DNA from: Vermamoeba vermiformis
Lineage: Eukaryota
Direction of reading: 5' to 3'
DNA length: 64,000 nt
Assembly (NCBI GenBank): GCA_045837725.1
Contig: JBEWZL010000238.1
Span: 248,001 to 312,000, forward strand
Shown: one piece after another, positions 48,701 to 62,411 of the stretch
Position numbering within the stretch: position 1 is the stretch's first letter
Layout: each line of letters opens with the position of its first letter
The notes under the pieces: model-generated
Told to the model about the DNA's origin: nothing
The model's database searches: none
The model's input: only the letters and a program-made list of their open reading frames with translations
Translations under genes and position numbers: made by a program

Positions 48701-50730
48701 GGCATTAACGACTCTTTTTACAGCAAGCTGCAATCAGCTACCGCAGAAAACAAAACACGATCGATATTTTCTTGGGCAACACGACGTCAATCGGCAATCA
48801 GGACCACGTAAGTTCCTTACTAAAGAGCCGTTAATGGGCTATTATTGACGTCTCTGCGTAGCTCGATTGGTTGCAACAAGAGCTGAACAAGCGCGCTGAA
48901 GAGTTCCAAATCACAACGCGCAGCAAGATTATGATTGGCAACTGGAACATGAACGCGCAAATGCCCGACAAGATTGACATCGACCCGTGGATCAATCCTG
49001 GTGGAGTACGTACTTTGACACCTGTCAAAAAAAAAACACGGCGCCAAGATTTTATTACCGTGATGTTATTATGACACGTGTCATATCACTAATTCTATTT
49101 TTCACAGCAAGTGGACATTGACACGATTGACATCTTCGTGTTCGGGTTCCAAGAGATCGTCAAGTTGAACGCGGATCAAATTCTCAACACTGACACGACC
49201 AATGCCAAGCTGTGGCAAGAAGCTATTTTGCATCAACTCAACTTGAAGCGACAACGCAAAGTCATTTTGTTGCGTCAAGAACAAATGGTCGGCATTTGCG
49301 TGCTTGTTTTCGTGTCAAAAGATCAAGCTGAGTGCATCAAGGGCTTGCAAGTCCAACGCTCTGAGGTCGGTGTCGGTGGTCTGGCTGGCAACAAGGGTGC
49401 ATTGGCCATCAAATTGAGTTACAACGATAGCTCCATGTGCTTCGTTTGTGCTCACTTGTCGGCTGGTCAACATCAAGTGCAAGACCGCATCAAGAATTAC
49501 CGCACAATTAGCGATCAATTTAATAAGGGCATGTCAGCTTATTCATCAGAGTACGTCCATATCAATATTATTAGCACTACTAGTATTAATTTTTTCACTA
49601 ATAGCTACGTGTTCTGGCTCGGAGATTTGAACTTCCGAATTGACTTGCCACGTGACGAAGTTGAGCAAAAGATCAAAGAAAAGAAGTGGGATTACCTCTA
49701 CCAGTTCGATCAAGTAAGACCACGTGATATGACGTCCGTTCATGAACCATTTTTTTAATGAGCAAAAACTTAGTTGCAAATGGCCAAATCTTCACGACGA
49801 ATTTTCAAAGATTTCCGCGAAGGCAAGATTGAGTTTGCGCCCACGTACAAGTACGACATTGGCACGACAATCTACGACACGAGCGAGAAGAAGAGATGCC
49901 CCGCGTGGACTGATCGTATCTTGTACAAACCTCCTGCTAACTCGGCCTTTGGCTGCGTTGACTTGGAGATGTACAACAGATGCGAGCTGTTCGTGTCAGA
50001 TCATCGACCTGTCAAGGCCGTCTTCTCCATCGAGGTACGTATATTTCATCGAAATTTCACGACTGGTCCGAGATACTGACCACGTGATCCATAGGTTCGC
50101 AAAGTCGACCAAGAGAAGTTGCAGTTCATTGAACGAGAGCTCAGCAAGGGCGATACACGTGTCGATGAGTTGATAAAAATTGAACAAGCTGAGCGAAGTC
50201 CTGGCTCGCCACTTAGAAAATCTACGCATGTTGAAAACAACGTACGTAATATTTTTCACAGTTTTTGAGATCGTTCTAACTTCGCTTTCCTTTTTAGGAA
50301 AAAGGCGTGACGTTGGCCGAACTGACGAAGTACCTTGAAAGTTTGCAGAACAAGAGACAGGCCTTGGAGACTGCCAAGAACGACAAATCGAGTTTGATGT
50401 CTGAGTTCTCGGGCACTTTGGCCGTGATGAGCAAGTTCAACAAGTACTTGATCAACAACAACACATCGAGTGCTCAGTATGGCACTGTTAAAGAGTTCTT
50501 GGACATGTTGCAGAAACAGATCGAAGAGTTCAGTAAGTCCCACTGGGATCAGATCTGGTTGTTTATAAATTATACTGTACTAATGTGTATTTATAGCCCG
50601 TCTAGGTCTTCAAATGGGTGATGATCAAGTTCCTTCCGCTGAAAAATTCACCTTAGTCGTGCAGCAGTTTGATATGATTATTGCGACCACGACCAGCGTC
50701 ATGAAAAAGTTGTTTGCTGAACAGCAATAA
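45763..50730 (+). CDS. Synaptojanin-like Sac1 + inositol polyphosphate 5-phosphatase
   Basis: Sac1: FYFSYDYPLT, DKRFFWN, GNRYKARG, SYVQVRGSVPVFW, RVNSMDCLDRTN. 5-phosphatase: FGFQEIV, GNKGA, AHLSAG, WLGDLNFR, PTYKY, PAWTDRIL. Confidence 0.93.
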
Positions 50731-50956
50731 ATAAACGGAGTTTTGTTGATATGAACAAATAGTTCTTAAGCGAGATCATGTGAAAATGCGGAGCAGAATA
50801 AAAAATCTGATCTTTCCGCATGGTTACGGAGTAATTGAAATATTTTCATATTCCACCCAATTTTGTTTTCGTTTCGCTTAAATTCATACTTCGCGCTTTA
50901 TTATGAATTTTTATTGACAATATTCACAGTGCACAAATAAATAATGGTTTTTCTCC

Positions 50957-53900
50957 TTATTTGGAGTTGGCTAAGTCTTCCCACGGAATTCTTTCGTTTT
51001 CCCGATCCGCCAACTTGGCCTTCCCAAAGTCAGTAGTAGCTATCGAAAATGATTAGAATGTGATAAATAATCTTATAGTACATACCATTAATATAATCAG
51101 AGTATTTTGCCATAAAAATTTTGTTTGACCACAACATCCGGCGCGAATCGCTCATGCGCTTAAAATCGCGCATAGCACGACGTTTGAACTGCCGTTTTTC
51201 CATTTTAGCGATTCGTTCTTGAATAGACATCCAGTCTCTGACTTCTGGAGCAGGTGTCTGACCACTTTTTCTTGGGGTCTGTAACTTAAAAAAATCATTG
51301 TTTAGATCCGACTTTTTCATACTACGGAACTTTTGTATATGATAGTATAAGACTTTGAACTTACGCGTGGAGAAAGAGGTCTGTCGTAGACTTTAACCAT
51401 AGACTCGCCGACGTGAAGGGTCCATTTGATTTCTTGCGGCGGTTCAATAATTTCGATGATTTCGCTCGAACTTTTCGTGACAATTAAGTCATTAATACGC
51501 GGCAGATTATTAATATTAACGTTATTATCGGTATCATTAGTGCCCGTAATATCCTTCTTGTAGTCAGGATTGTTCAATCTATTCCACTCTTCTTCCTCTT
51601 CAGCCATCAATCTCTCACGTTCAATGGCCTCTTGTTCGAGTCTCTTTCGGTCCCATTCGCGCAACATTTCTTCGTACTCGGACTCATCTTCCTCGTCCAA
51701 GTCTTCCGCGCTCGTCAAGTACAACGCAATCTTTGCAACTTTTTCGAGAACATAGGGCATGGCGTACTACAAAATTATGCGTTAGTGAAGGTCCTAATGA
51801 ATATTATTTTGACATTTTGACACTCGGAAATGACACTATCATCGAATTTTGACAGGTGAATTGATTTTTAAATGAAGTGTCAAAGTGTCAAATAAATGTA
51901 CTGGATGTCATTAACGTACCTCGATAGCGTTTTGAAATGAAGGTAACCAGAATGGATGACTGACGTCTGAAAACTTCTCAATATGGAAATGAGGTCCTAA
52001 TTTCTTAATATTGGCGATAGATTTTTCTGCGTTGGACTCTTCAGATCCGTCACCGTTTTCTTTTCGCGGTGAAACATTGCCGTTCTTTTCTTCGTAGGGA
52101 GATTTCGGTGGAACAACTGACCGAGATCGCGATCTCGTATGGAGATTTGGTGAAGTTGTCGCGGACCTTGATAACGTTGATTTTTGTTTGGGCACTGCTA
52201 ATGACTTGGCGGGATGATTTCGCGTGTGAATGATTGGCGGAGTTGAGGGCATTAAGCGCAACACTGCTCCTTGATTCTGAAATTTCCTTATTTAGTAATG
52301 ATATTTGATCAAGATTTTTGCATAAAGAATTCATTCAGAAAATTGGATCTAGCAAAAAAAAAAATTTGTTTCTGGAGATCTGGATCTACGTACTCTATAC
52401 ATTCCGCAATAATTAGGTGCGGAGAAAACAGTGATGACCATCGGATAAACTCGTTCTTTGCGGCGGAAAAATATTTCTTTGTAGCCTGATTGCTCGACTT
52501 CATGGGCTCGAATAATTGATGTAATTTTGTTCTCCTGCAAAAATTCCGCTGTCGCTGCGTACCCAAAAATATATCCGCAGCCTCGTTCGGGATTAGGTTC
52601 GTACCTGCAAATGGATATTACTAAATATAGTAATGACTAAATGTTTGCAAAACTTACCTGACATCGTACCACTCTTGCATTTCACTAGGGGTCAGACCTT
52701 CGCCTGTTTCATCGCTTAACGGATCGCTCCATAAAATATCACTGAAAAATAAAATTAATAAAAATTATTGCAAAGACTGAAAGACAGTTAGTTAAAAATT
52801 TCGACGTACCATAACGGGCCTTGTTTGCCAGGTTCTTGAAACCGGTCGATACTTTGAATATCTTCGATCTAACATCACTTCATTAGTACCGATAAATTTC
52901 CTAATATGGTAATATTCACTTACAGTCGCAAAGTGCGGCGAAAGTCCACCATGTAAACATAAAAATCGTTCTTCATCACATGTAACAATTGCGCCTAACG
53001 GCAATGCATCAAATGCGTCCATAATAGCGTCATATACACCAACATCGTATTTCTTGAGACCTACAAGCAAAGTCAAAAATCGGATCCAGCATCCAAAAAA
53101 ATGTCTTTACACTTGAATACTTTAAATAACAATAAAATATTAATATATCGTCAATATGATACTTACATTCTTTTCTGAAGTTAAAATGAGTCGTCAGCAA
53201 TCGACACTCGTGATTGCCACGAATCATAAACATTTGATTCGGATAATTAATCTTCAACGCAAATAAATACATAATTATTTCTATAAAATATACCGTTAGT
53301 ACTATATCATTGAAGCTAATATATTCGCAAGATTACGAAATTTCATTATGTTCGTTCAAAGGATCGAGATCCGGTTTCAAAATTAAAAATTAAATTTACT
53401 TAAATTCTCGTTCGATTAACATAATTAATCATAATATAAATATACTTACCACATCCAAAATAGCCCCTATCAACATAATCCCCCAAAAATAAATAATGAT
53501 GAGTTGCGCTAACTGGTCCCGCTTTCTCCATCATATTAACTAAATCAAAGTATTGCCCGTGAATGTCGCCAAATACTATTTTATAATTAATTAGTACATA
53601 ATATAGCGAGCGAGTATAATAATTGACGTAATAGCGATAAACATATTTGATTAGGAAAATATTATGTGATTCGCAAGCGCGCGTATCTTTCGTGATATTA
53701 ACTGAAATGGAATTCTATATATTAATGCGTACAATGTTTATAATTATAGTAATAAATAGTATCATGAGTAATTTTTGATTTACATGTGCCATTAAATTTT
53801 GGATCGAATGTCAATTTCGAAACCAACGTCAAAATCAATATTTTAAATTTGCCAATAATATAATAATATTTGTACTACCATTATAAATCATAACTTACTT

Positions 53901-54220
53901 GTTACAGGTGCATCCAAGGCCAGCAGATTTTTTTCGTGTTTGAAAATTTTAATTACTTCGCTGCAGATAACTTTAGCCACCAACGGATCCACTTTTCCTT
54001 CATTTAGAAAATGCTTCTTTAATAATTCGTGGTCGGGAACGCTTAATGTTTCGGTGGCTATTTCAGAAGGATCCAGATTTGGATGCTGGCTCGGATCTTG
54101 GTTTGTGTTTTTGCCAAATGATACATTAATAGCTTGTCTGGGGAATACTTCTGAAAGCCCTAATATTTTATGCTCTGGAGGCTTAACCTGAGGAACTGGT
54201 CGATCCTCGGGCTGAAACAT
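50957..54220 (-). CDS. Divergent calcineurin A (PP2B)-like Ser/Thr phosphatase
   Basis: [45 protein letters not shown]; CnB-binding HPFWLP.F...PYV.EKV; autoinhibitory F..AK..DRENER.P. Confidence 0.9.
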
Positions 54221-54679
54221 CGCTTTGTCGAGTGATCAAGCCAAATAAATAATAAAAATATTATACAATATATTGTTGGCTTTCCACCGTGCGTTGCTAA
54301 TAATAGAGAAAATTCTTCCGTCAATGAAAACTGCGCAAATTAAATTTCGACATATCGCCAATTGTTTAGCGAGACTTTCTTCGTCACCTTTGTACTTCAC
54401 GCCGATTGTAGCGTAATTAGTAGGAAAATGACTCAGACGATCACGGTATTTCATATTTCCATCATTTTGCTTCCAGAAGACTCAAATTTCACCTCGATTC
54501 AGTACTCCTAACCTTGTTAATACGCATTAGATTGCAACCCCCATCACGCTACGACCAATTCTTTTTAGTACAACAATCCTCTGGGGACGGGATCTTTTTC
54601 CGACCGAACCACAATGACGTACGTTGTGACAAGTGTCACGTTTTGGTTTATCAAATGTTAGTCGAGAGCATGGACAAAT

Positions 54680-57600
54680 ATGGTACCCAACAAATACAAG
54701 ATTAACTGGGTTTTAATTGTTGCAGTGTTTTTTTCTGCAATCGTTGGATCCAACGGTCGGGTAACCTCAATTACAAATATCAAGCGATATTTAGCTCCGC
54801 ATTAATTAAACAACTAATATATTTAGTTATTTGGACTGGAGCCGATCGCCGAATTGCTTCCCAATTTAGATAGCCAACCGATCTCGAATTTCAGTGGTTC
54901 CAGCTTTGGCATTAATTTCGTGACCACAAATAATGGAACACGTTTATGCATTGGCAACCCAGGTATATAATTTAGCGTGATTTAGTTTACTTACGGTTTG
55001 GTATAATTGAATATTTTAACAGGCTACTCTGGAGTTGGCTTAGTGCACGTTTTCGATTATGATTTAAATCAATGGACCCAACAAATTCAAGTTGATGGCA
55101 GTACTAACATCCCCGCTCCAGCTGCCGGAGGTATGCAAATCCAAATCCAGAGACTCTGCATTTAAAAATCGATAGCATATCATTTTTACAATATTTATAT
55201 GCACGTACATCCATTCATATTTTAACTGATTTTTTTTTCGCTCAGTAACTCCAAATTTTGGAAACTCAGTGGATTGTACAGATTCGACGTTGCTTGTTGG
55301 AGGGTTTAGTCTTTCACAAGTGCTGTATACATATATATTTACGACAATCCCTGGCACACTCTATTATTTTGATAAAGCGCTTGGGATCGGCTTTGCTGGA
55401 TTCGAGTTTGGATTTGCGGTAAAACTTACCCCAGACAGCAGATTGGCTGTAATATCAGCGCCACGAGCTACATACTCGGAAGGAGCAACAGGTACGTTAT
55501 TAGTTAAGCAATTCTGTTGTTCTTTCGGGTTATTTCCTTTTTTGTACAAGCGGTGATGATGGATGGATCCAGTACGTTTAGTAACTTTTTGAATTATTAG
55601 GAGTGATATTGGTCTACAATATACAAACCCAAACTCAGCAAGAGATACGCCCGCCAGATCTGAAAACTTCAAACGACAACAAGCTATTAGGCGTTACTCT
55701 CGATATTTATCAGAGTCATACTATTGTTGGCGGTGCTCCAGGCGATAATGTTAATAACGGTAAGCTATATGCCTATTATTTACCAATAGAACAAAAATTT
55801 GTGCTCGGCCTGGATGTGCCTCGAGCCATTTAAGTTCGTAACTTTTTTTATTAATTTTTTGTGGCTAATAGGAGCCGTATATATATTTCAAAACGATGGA
55901 ACAGACACTTTCAAATTTCTCCAAAAATTATTGCCTGACGGAACTACTGGCGCTCAATACGGCCTTGCTCTATCAATATCACGTGACGGGCTACAACTAG
56001 CCGTAGGAATGCCTAATTTAGGCGCTAATGGCGCCGTGGATCTATATTCTCGGCCAACAATGTAAGTACGAATATTTATTTATTTCCGAAAAAAGTTAGG
56101 TTTAAACGCGATCCGCTAATTTTTTTTTTTTTTTGATAGCAATGACACGTTTACTCGACGAATCACTTTTTCCGCGGGAGGGTTTATTAATGAAGGAAAT
56201 TATTTTGGTTTGACCGTTAAATTCGACTACGACATGCTATTCGTTGGTGCACCTGCTTTTCCAGGCGGATCGAATTCGAATAACACTGGCGCTGCATTTT
56301 TATTTAATGCGAGCACTGCCAATGAAGTACCAAGATTATTAGGCTCTTATTTGACAGACGATACTGAAGAGAACTACAACATGCAGTACGGAACTGCCTT
56401 GGATGTCGTTAATGATATGGTGTATATTTCTGCGCCAGCAAAAAGAATCAATGGAACACAAGTCGGATCCGTTTTTACTTATCGGTTAAGTGAAAGTGCG
56501 TAGTCGATTATAATATAATAATATTCAAAAATATCCTCTATAGAGACAATACTAGTACCTTTTTGATACTGATAATTAATTACCTTTTATGGTAATATAG
56601 CTTGTGGCAACGGAGTGCTGGATCCGAACGAAGAATGCGATTACCACTTTTACGGCAACACAACAAAGTTGTACTGCAACCAGTTCTGCAAATGCATCAC
56701 GGGATTTTTGCCGCTGAATGATACGGATGGAAACTGTTATCCGCGTAAGTTTAAGTTAGATAGAATACCAGAAACTTTTTGACACTTTGACACTTGCGGT
56801 TTGGCACTTAACTTGTCACCTTATTTGCAAGACAAGTGAAGATTACGTTTTGGTCCAAAAATTCACACAAAAACCATGACCATTTTAATGTTTGCGCATC
56901 CGCAGAATTTTGTTAGAATAGCTGCTTTTGGAGCGCGAAATGCAGTTTAGTCGAGAAGTGTCCCCTTCTCCGACCATTGCTGGCATTTCGGCGGTTAAAC
57001 AATACCATCCAAGCCACAAAACCAGCGATTCACAAAATTCCTTCGGTCAAAACGAAACTTTGACGTTTGCGTAATCTTCACTTGCCTTGTGATTCGTGAC
57101 ACGTGTCACGATGTCAAATTTTCGCTCATTCGTGAACTAACTTTTCCCATAGTTTGCGGTGACTCGTACTTGGCTTCGTACGAAGAATGCGAGCTCGGAG
57201 GCATAGGCTGCTCGGCAGAATGTAAATGTCAGCCTGGCTACACCTCAGTAGGAACAGTTGACTGCGCCTCTCTGTGCGGAAACGGCTACTTGGATTCGCC
57301 GGAACAATGCGAGTTCAGCAACGTCACTGAATCAATTCACTGCAACAAAAATTGCACGTGTGAAACTGGGTATTATTCCTCCAATTCCTCTATCTACATT
57401 TGCACACCAAGTAAGTCTTACCATTAATATACACTACCCGACACCTACTATAGTAATATTGAACTTCTTATTAATTCGTGCATTACTAGAGTGCGGAGAT
57501 GGTATCAAAGTTAATGAGGAGCAATGTGAAAAGAATGCACCGGATGCGCAATTCTGCAGCCAATCGTGCACGTGCAACGAAGGCACGGCTACAAAGAACA

Positions 57601-59479
57601 CTACCACTAGCTTTTGCGAGTTTGTTAGTCCTAGTATTACTGACCCTCCGCAACAAAATAATTTGGGCACAACTCCGACGGATCCTCCGATCAACATTAT
57701 TGTCCCGATTGTTGTATGCGGCGCTGCTGCTAGTAAGTACCACCATTAATATTTAATAGTACAGAAGTGAGAATTATAGCTTTAACCTCGAGTCTGTGAC
57801 ACGTGTCATACTGACACTTTTGACACTTAGTTGCCGGCGCAGTCATCCTCGCTGTACTGTTGTCTCGTAGAAAAAAGAAACGCCAACGCCGTAAAAAACA
57901 CATGAACGTTAATTTGCTTGATTTGGATAAGAGTAAGCCATTCAGATCCGATTCGTACTTTACGAACCATTTCTCACTAACATCATAACCGCAGAGGACT
58001 ACAAGGCCATGCCTCTTGAAATAGCCTCAATGAGTAAGCTAAATATCATAATATAGTATTGAGGCCTATTAACACGACCACAGCCGTTGATGAAAAACTT
58101 CAAATTCCGTACAACGATTTGAAGATGGTAAAAGAGATCGGATCTGGTGCGTTTGGCAAAGTTTTCATTGCTGAGTGGCAAGCGACTCAAGGTAATATCG
58201 GTTCATGAAAATAATCAAGAGTCACGTGCTCACTTTGTTTTACAGTGGCGATTAAAGTGAGCAACATCGCGAGTGACGAAGACTTTAAACGCGAAGCTGA
58301 GCTAATGATGTAAGATTGTATATGCATATATAATGATGAATCATATGTATTAATATGCTTTTTATAGTAAACTACGACCTCATCCGAATGTCGTAAGATT
58401 TTTGGGCATCAGCACGGACGGGCCTTTTGCGGTCATTATTTTGGAGTACTGTAACGGAGGAAGTTTAGACAAAATTTTGTTTGATAAGAACAACGCCGTC
58501 CTTTACCATCAGCAACTTGATTGGGCACGTGGTATTGCCCGTGGATTGTTGCACTTGCACTCGAACCAGATCGCGCACCGAGATCTTGCCGCAAGAAATA
58601 TTTTGGTAAGTAACTGGCAATATGTATTATACTGCACTATCTTATTAATAATATTTTTAGCTCTCTGGCAAGGTCCCTAAGATTTCTGTAAGTGGAATTT
58701 CGGGTTCGGATCTGATCTGTTTCTAACGCTTTTCGGTAGGATTTTGGTATGTCTCGTAAACTTGAAGCTACAAACCAACAATCTGCTTCTGGAGTCGGTC
58801 CCGTCTGCTGGATGGTGAGTCATCAGTTATTCAGATCTGACACTTTGACACGTTGTCCGAGCCATCAAAAGTACAGTACTAACATTGATATTTCCTTAGG
58901 CACCCGAGTCAATCCAGTCACGCACGTACTCGACAATGACTGATATTTGGACATTTGGGGTTGTTCTTTATGAAATTGTTGCTCGTCAAGCGCCCTACGA
59001 TGGTGAAAACATTATGGAAGTTGCATTGCAGATCCGAGATAACGGATTGCATCCTACGATCCCTAATGGCTGTCCGCCACTATTCAAAGAGATTATGGAA
59101 AGATGTTGGAACTTGGATCCAAACCAAAGACCGGTAAGTTCATGCGAGATCTCGATCCAAAATCAGATCTCAATCTTACAATATTGTTACTTATTATCGA
59201 AGTCATGTTACGATTTGATTGATTATTCATTTGCAGACGGCGAGTGACATCTGTCAATGGCTTGACAACGAAGCTGAAGGTCTTTCAACACCAACAGCCA
59301 CAGACACAACGAATAACAACACTACGACATCAGGAGGCAGTAATATTGTTACTACGAGCAACGTCACATTTGGAACGAACAGTGCTGCATCATTGATTCA
59401 AACAAACGACAATAATAACACAAGCGGATCTGGATCAGACAGTAGCGAAAGTAGTCAAGATGATTCCTCCTCGGCATAG
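54680..59479 (+). CDS. Single-pass receptor kinase: FG-GAP propeller + Cys-rich CGNG repeats + TM + tyrosine-kinase-like domain
   Basis: Signal peptide; FG/YG...GAP...GAVY repeats; CGNG..DP.EEC repeats; TM followed by RRKKKRQRR; kinase GSGAFG, VAIK, HRDLAARN, DFG, GPVCWMAPES, DIWTFGV. Confidence 0.9.
56828..57089. mobile_element. Older MITE/foldback element in a receptor-kinase intron
   Basis: 20-bp inverted repeat CAAG(A/G)CAAGTGAAGATTACG with 1 mismatch, plus an internal inverted pair (about 56905-56935 with 57014-57041); TSD degenerate. Confidence 0.65.
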
Positions 59480-59573
59480 TTTTAACTTGATTTATAAAGT
59501 AACTTTGTTATTCCGCGTAATTTCCAAGAATATTGTGCTGCGATGCTGTCGAATGTTTAGGATCGTCATTATT

Positions 59574-62300
59574 TTATTTCAATGAGTTGATAAACTCTTC
59601 CGCTTGTTGAACACCCAAGTCAATAGGCAACCACTTGTCATCGACCAACTCTTCTTTGTAGAGCAGTCCTTTGCCGTAGAACTTGATCATCGAATCCGAC
59701 ACAGATCTGATGTTCAAATCAAAATTGGTTAGTAGCAAAGCAAGTCTAGCTTATAATCACTCACCTCATGTCAATATCGCAACGCTTCCACTTCCCTTCA
59801 AGAGCGCACTTGACAATACGGTTCACGATAATGCTGTTGTCACGCAAAGCCTTGTACGGGAAGTACACAAACATTATTCTAGTCCAAATATTAGCATAGT
59901 AATAAACCATACAATGCGAATATCGTGTTAAATAGTAACAAAAGAAGATGGGATAGATTTTCAAAAAAGTGAATTTACATTGATTTTTTACCTCTCATGT
60001 TCAGACGAATGAACCTCAGCTGTAAAAGGTATTGGACCACTATCGCTATCAATTGAGCTCGCTACTTGGGAGGGTCTCCATACATCACTATAAGCTAAGC
60101 CACTAGCCGTCTCGTTAAGCGTTCCTTGCCTCGTTGAAATGGTGTCGTTCGGATTAATGACAGCAACTTTTACAGGTCGATTCTGACGTGGATCCGGTGC
60201 TTCAAAATCGACTACGCGGATAGTATCATACCCTGAGACAATGAACTTGCCATTATCGAACTTAAAAATCAAGCGTTAATAGATTTGATCTGATCCGTTA
60301 CAAAAAAAGTAAGGATCCGGATCACCAAAAAAAACTGTTACGAAAAACTTACTCCGGATAGATTAACATATTTAAAAACACCTTGTGCTATTAGTGTCGT
60401 TAAATGCTTGCCAGAATTGATGTCGACGATGTGTATCAACCGACCAAGGTTGCATAATAACAAGTTCTTGTGAACGTAAATATTTCGGCTGTAGTGTGCT
60501 GCTTCCATATTCGTTTTGAAATTTCCTTCTTTGAGAATGTTTCCGCTAAGGTCAATAATTGACCAGATTGTCTGATCTGAATCGATATCAGCCAACATTA
60601 TCTAAAATTTAATAATTAGCGTCAGATCAAGCTTACTTTGAAAATTGTAAACGTTTGAATATTATAATAATACTCTAGCGCATCCGCGATTACTAATTTT
60701 GGATTGATTTTGTCATTTCATTTTACCTTGTTATCGTTCAGGTAAAATTCTGTGAATAGAGGTATCTCTTTCTTCAAAACTTCGTCATTCGATTCGACAT
60801 CGACGGCTCGTAATATATGAATTGTTCCGCTTTCTTTGTACGCAATGATCTTTCCGTGCAGTTGAAAATCATAAACATTTTCTCCTAAAACTGAATCTGG
60901 CCTTTTAATTTCTTTGTACTGGCCAGTAGTCAAGTCAATGAGGTAGAAGTGATCGCGACTATATAAATATTAGTTATATAATTAAACCGCTTGCTGCTAC
61001 CTTACCCGTTAACTAAGATTGTTTCGTACGCAGGATCAGAATTGGATCTCCATTCACCGTCAGACACTCGAGCAACTAGCTCAATTACTTAGTACAAGTA
61101 TTAATCTAGTAACGTTTTTAACTGACCTTCAGGAAGAGTAAGCTCTTTAACATCGCCGGCATCGGATCTTCTTTGGATCTTCAAAGTACCTTTACCTTCA
61201 CCAAACTATGCCTTGGATTAGAGCATGTATTATATTTAAATATTCTTTGCAGCTACGTACCACAAAATAGGATGGTGTAATCATACTTAACCCTACTCTA
61301 CTACGACTTTTAATTTTTTGACGGGTTCCTGTTCTGGCATTAAAAAGCTCAATTCCATTCCGCTCCGAGGACGGAATATTAGCTCTAAATGGACGGTTAT
61401 TAACTATAGATATTTAATACGATATTTACCCTCGGCAGTCGTCAAACCAATTGATGAGCACATCAGATCCGGAGACGGTGATATCGGCGATTGTCATCGG
61501 AGGCGCGTAAATAGCTTGAGTTGAAAATCTAGCGATAAATTAGTCATTTTTAAAGTTGAATTAGATAAAATGAGATATCTCCCATTCTGAAAACAAAGTT
61601 GCTTCAAAATGATCAACTCACCTCAGGCAGTACCACGCACAAGGTCCGGTCGCCAAACACTCGAAAAAAAATTTTACATCTGTGATCTGAAAAAAAAATT
61701 TTACTGCCTGTGCACCGGACCATGCGGAACAGATTGCCTGAGGTGAGTTGTGCAAAATGAAGTCAAGTTGTTTTTTCAATGAGACGTATCTCATTTTATC
61801 TAATTCAACTTTTTTTACTAAGTTTTAATCACGTACCTTCCCTTTTCAATGTTTTGAAGCAACATGTCATTCAGATCTGCGTTTGTAAGTTAATCAAATC
61901 GTACCAACTATCTCGTGTACCTTTGTCGAGATGCAAAATAGTCTGTTGGTCATTCCGAGGCAGCTCAGTTCGGTCGAGATTGAGCTTATCCGGACGGGAT
62001 GTGAAGTTCCTTACAAACCTACGAGGTTCTTTAACTTTATTTTTGGGTTTGGTGAACAATCCATAAGAACCCTTTGGCATGGCAATCTGCATGAAAAGAA
62101 TAGTTAGCAAATTATTTTTTCTTTTTATTTAATAATGGGCATCCATCTGTCGTGAATTTACACATGATGCTACTCAGTAACACATTATTAATATTTTCTG
62201 GAATATTATTATGCGCACAAGATTCCTCTCAGCGTACCTTCAGGATCGAAGAGCGCATCGCGCTCTTTGCCAAAGTAGCAAGTGCCTTCCTCGTTGACAT
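59574..62300 (-). CDS. Hypothetical multi-exon protein, possible mitochondrial presequence and beta-propeller-like body
   Basis: Starts MSTRKALATLAKSAMRSSILK; the first exons join in phase; beta-rich segments such as IHIVDINSGKHLTTL; ends ...EEFINSLK*. Confidence 0.6.
61552..61812. mobile_element. 261-bp MITE, copy 2 (4-bp TSD TTTT), intronic
   Basis: Identical by eye to 38047-38307; TTTT at 61548-61551 and 61813-61816; lies in an intron of the minus-strand gene. Confidence 0.97.
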
Positions 62301-62411
62301 TCACGTGCTGTTAAATAAACTAATCTCATGATGTTCAAACTCGGAATTTATTTACTGAATATTGTGGGGTGAGTTCAATCTTAGCTGAAATAAACAAACT
62401 AATGCGCAAAG

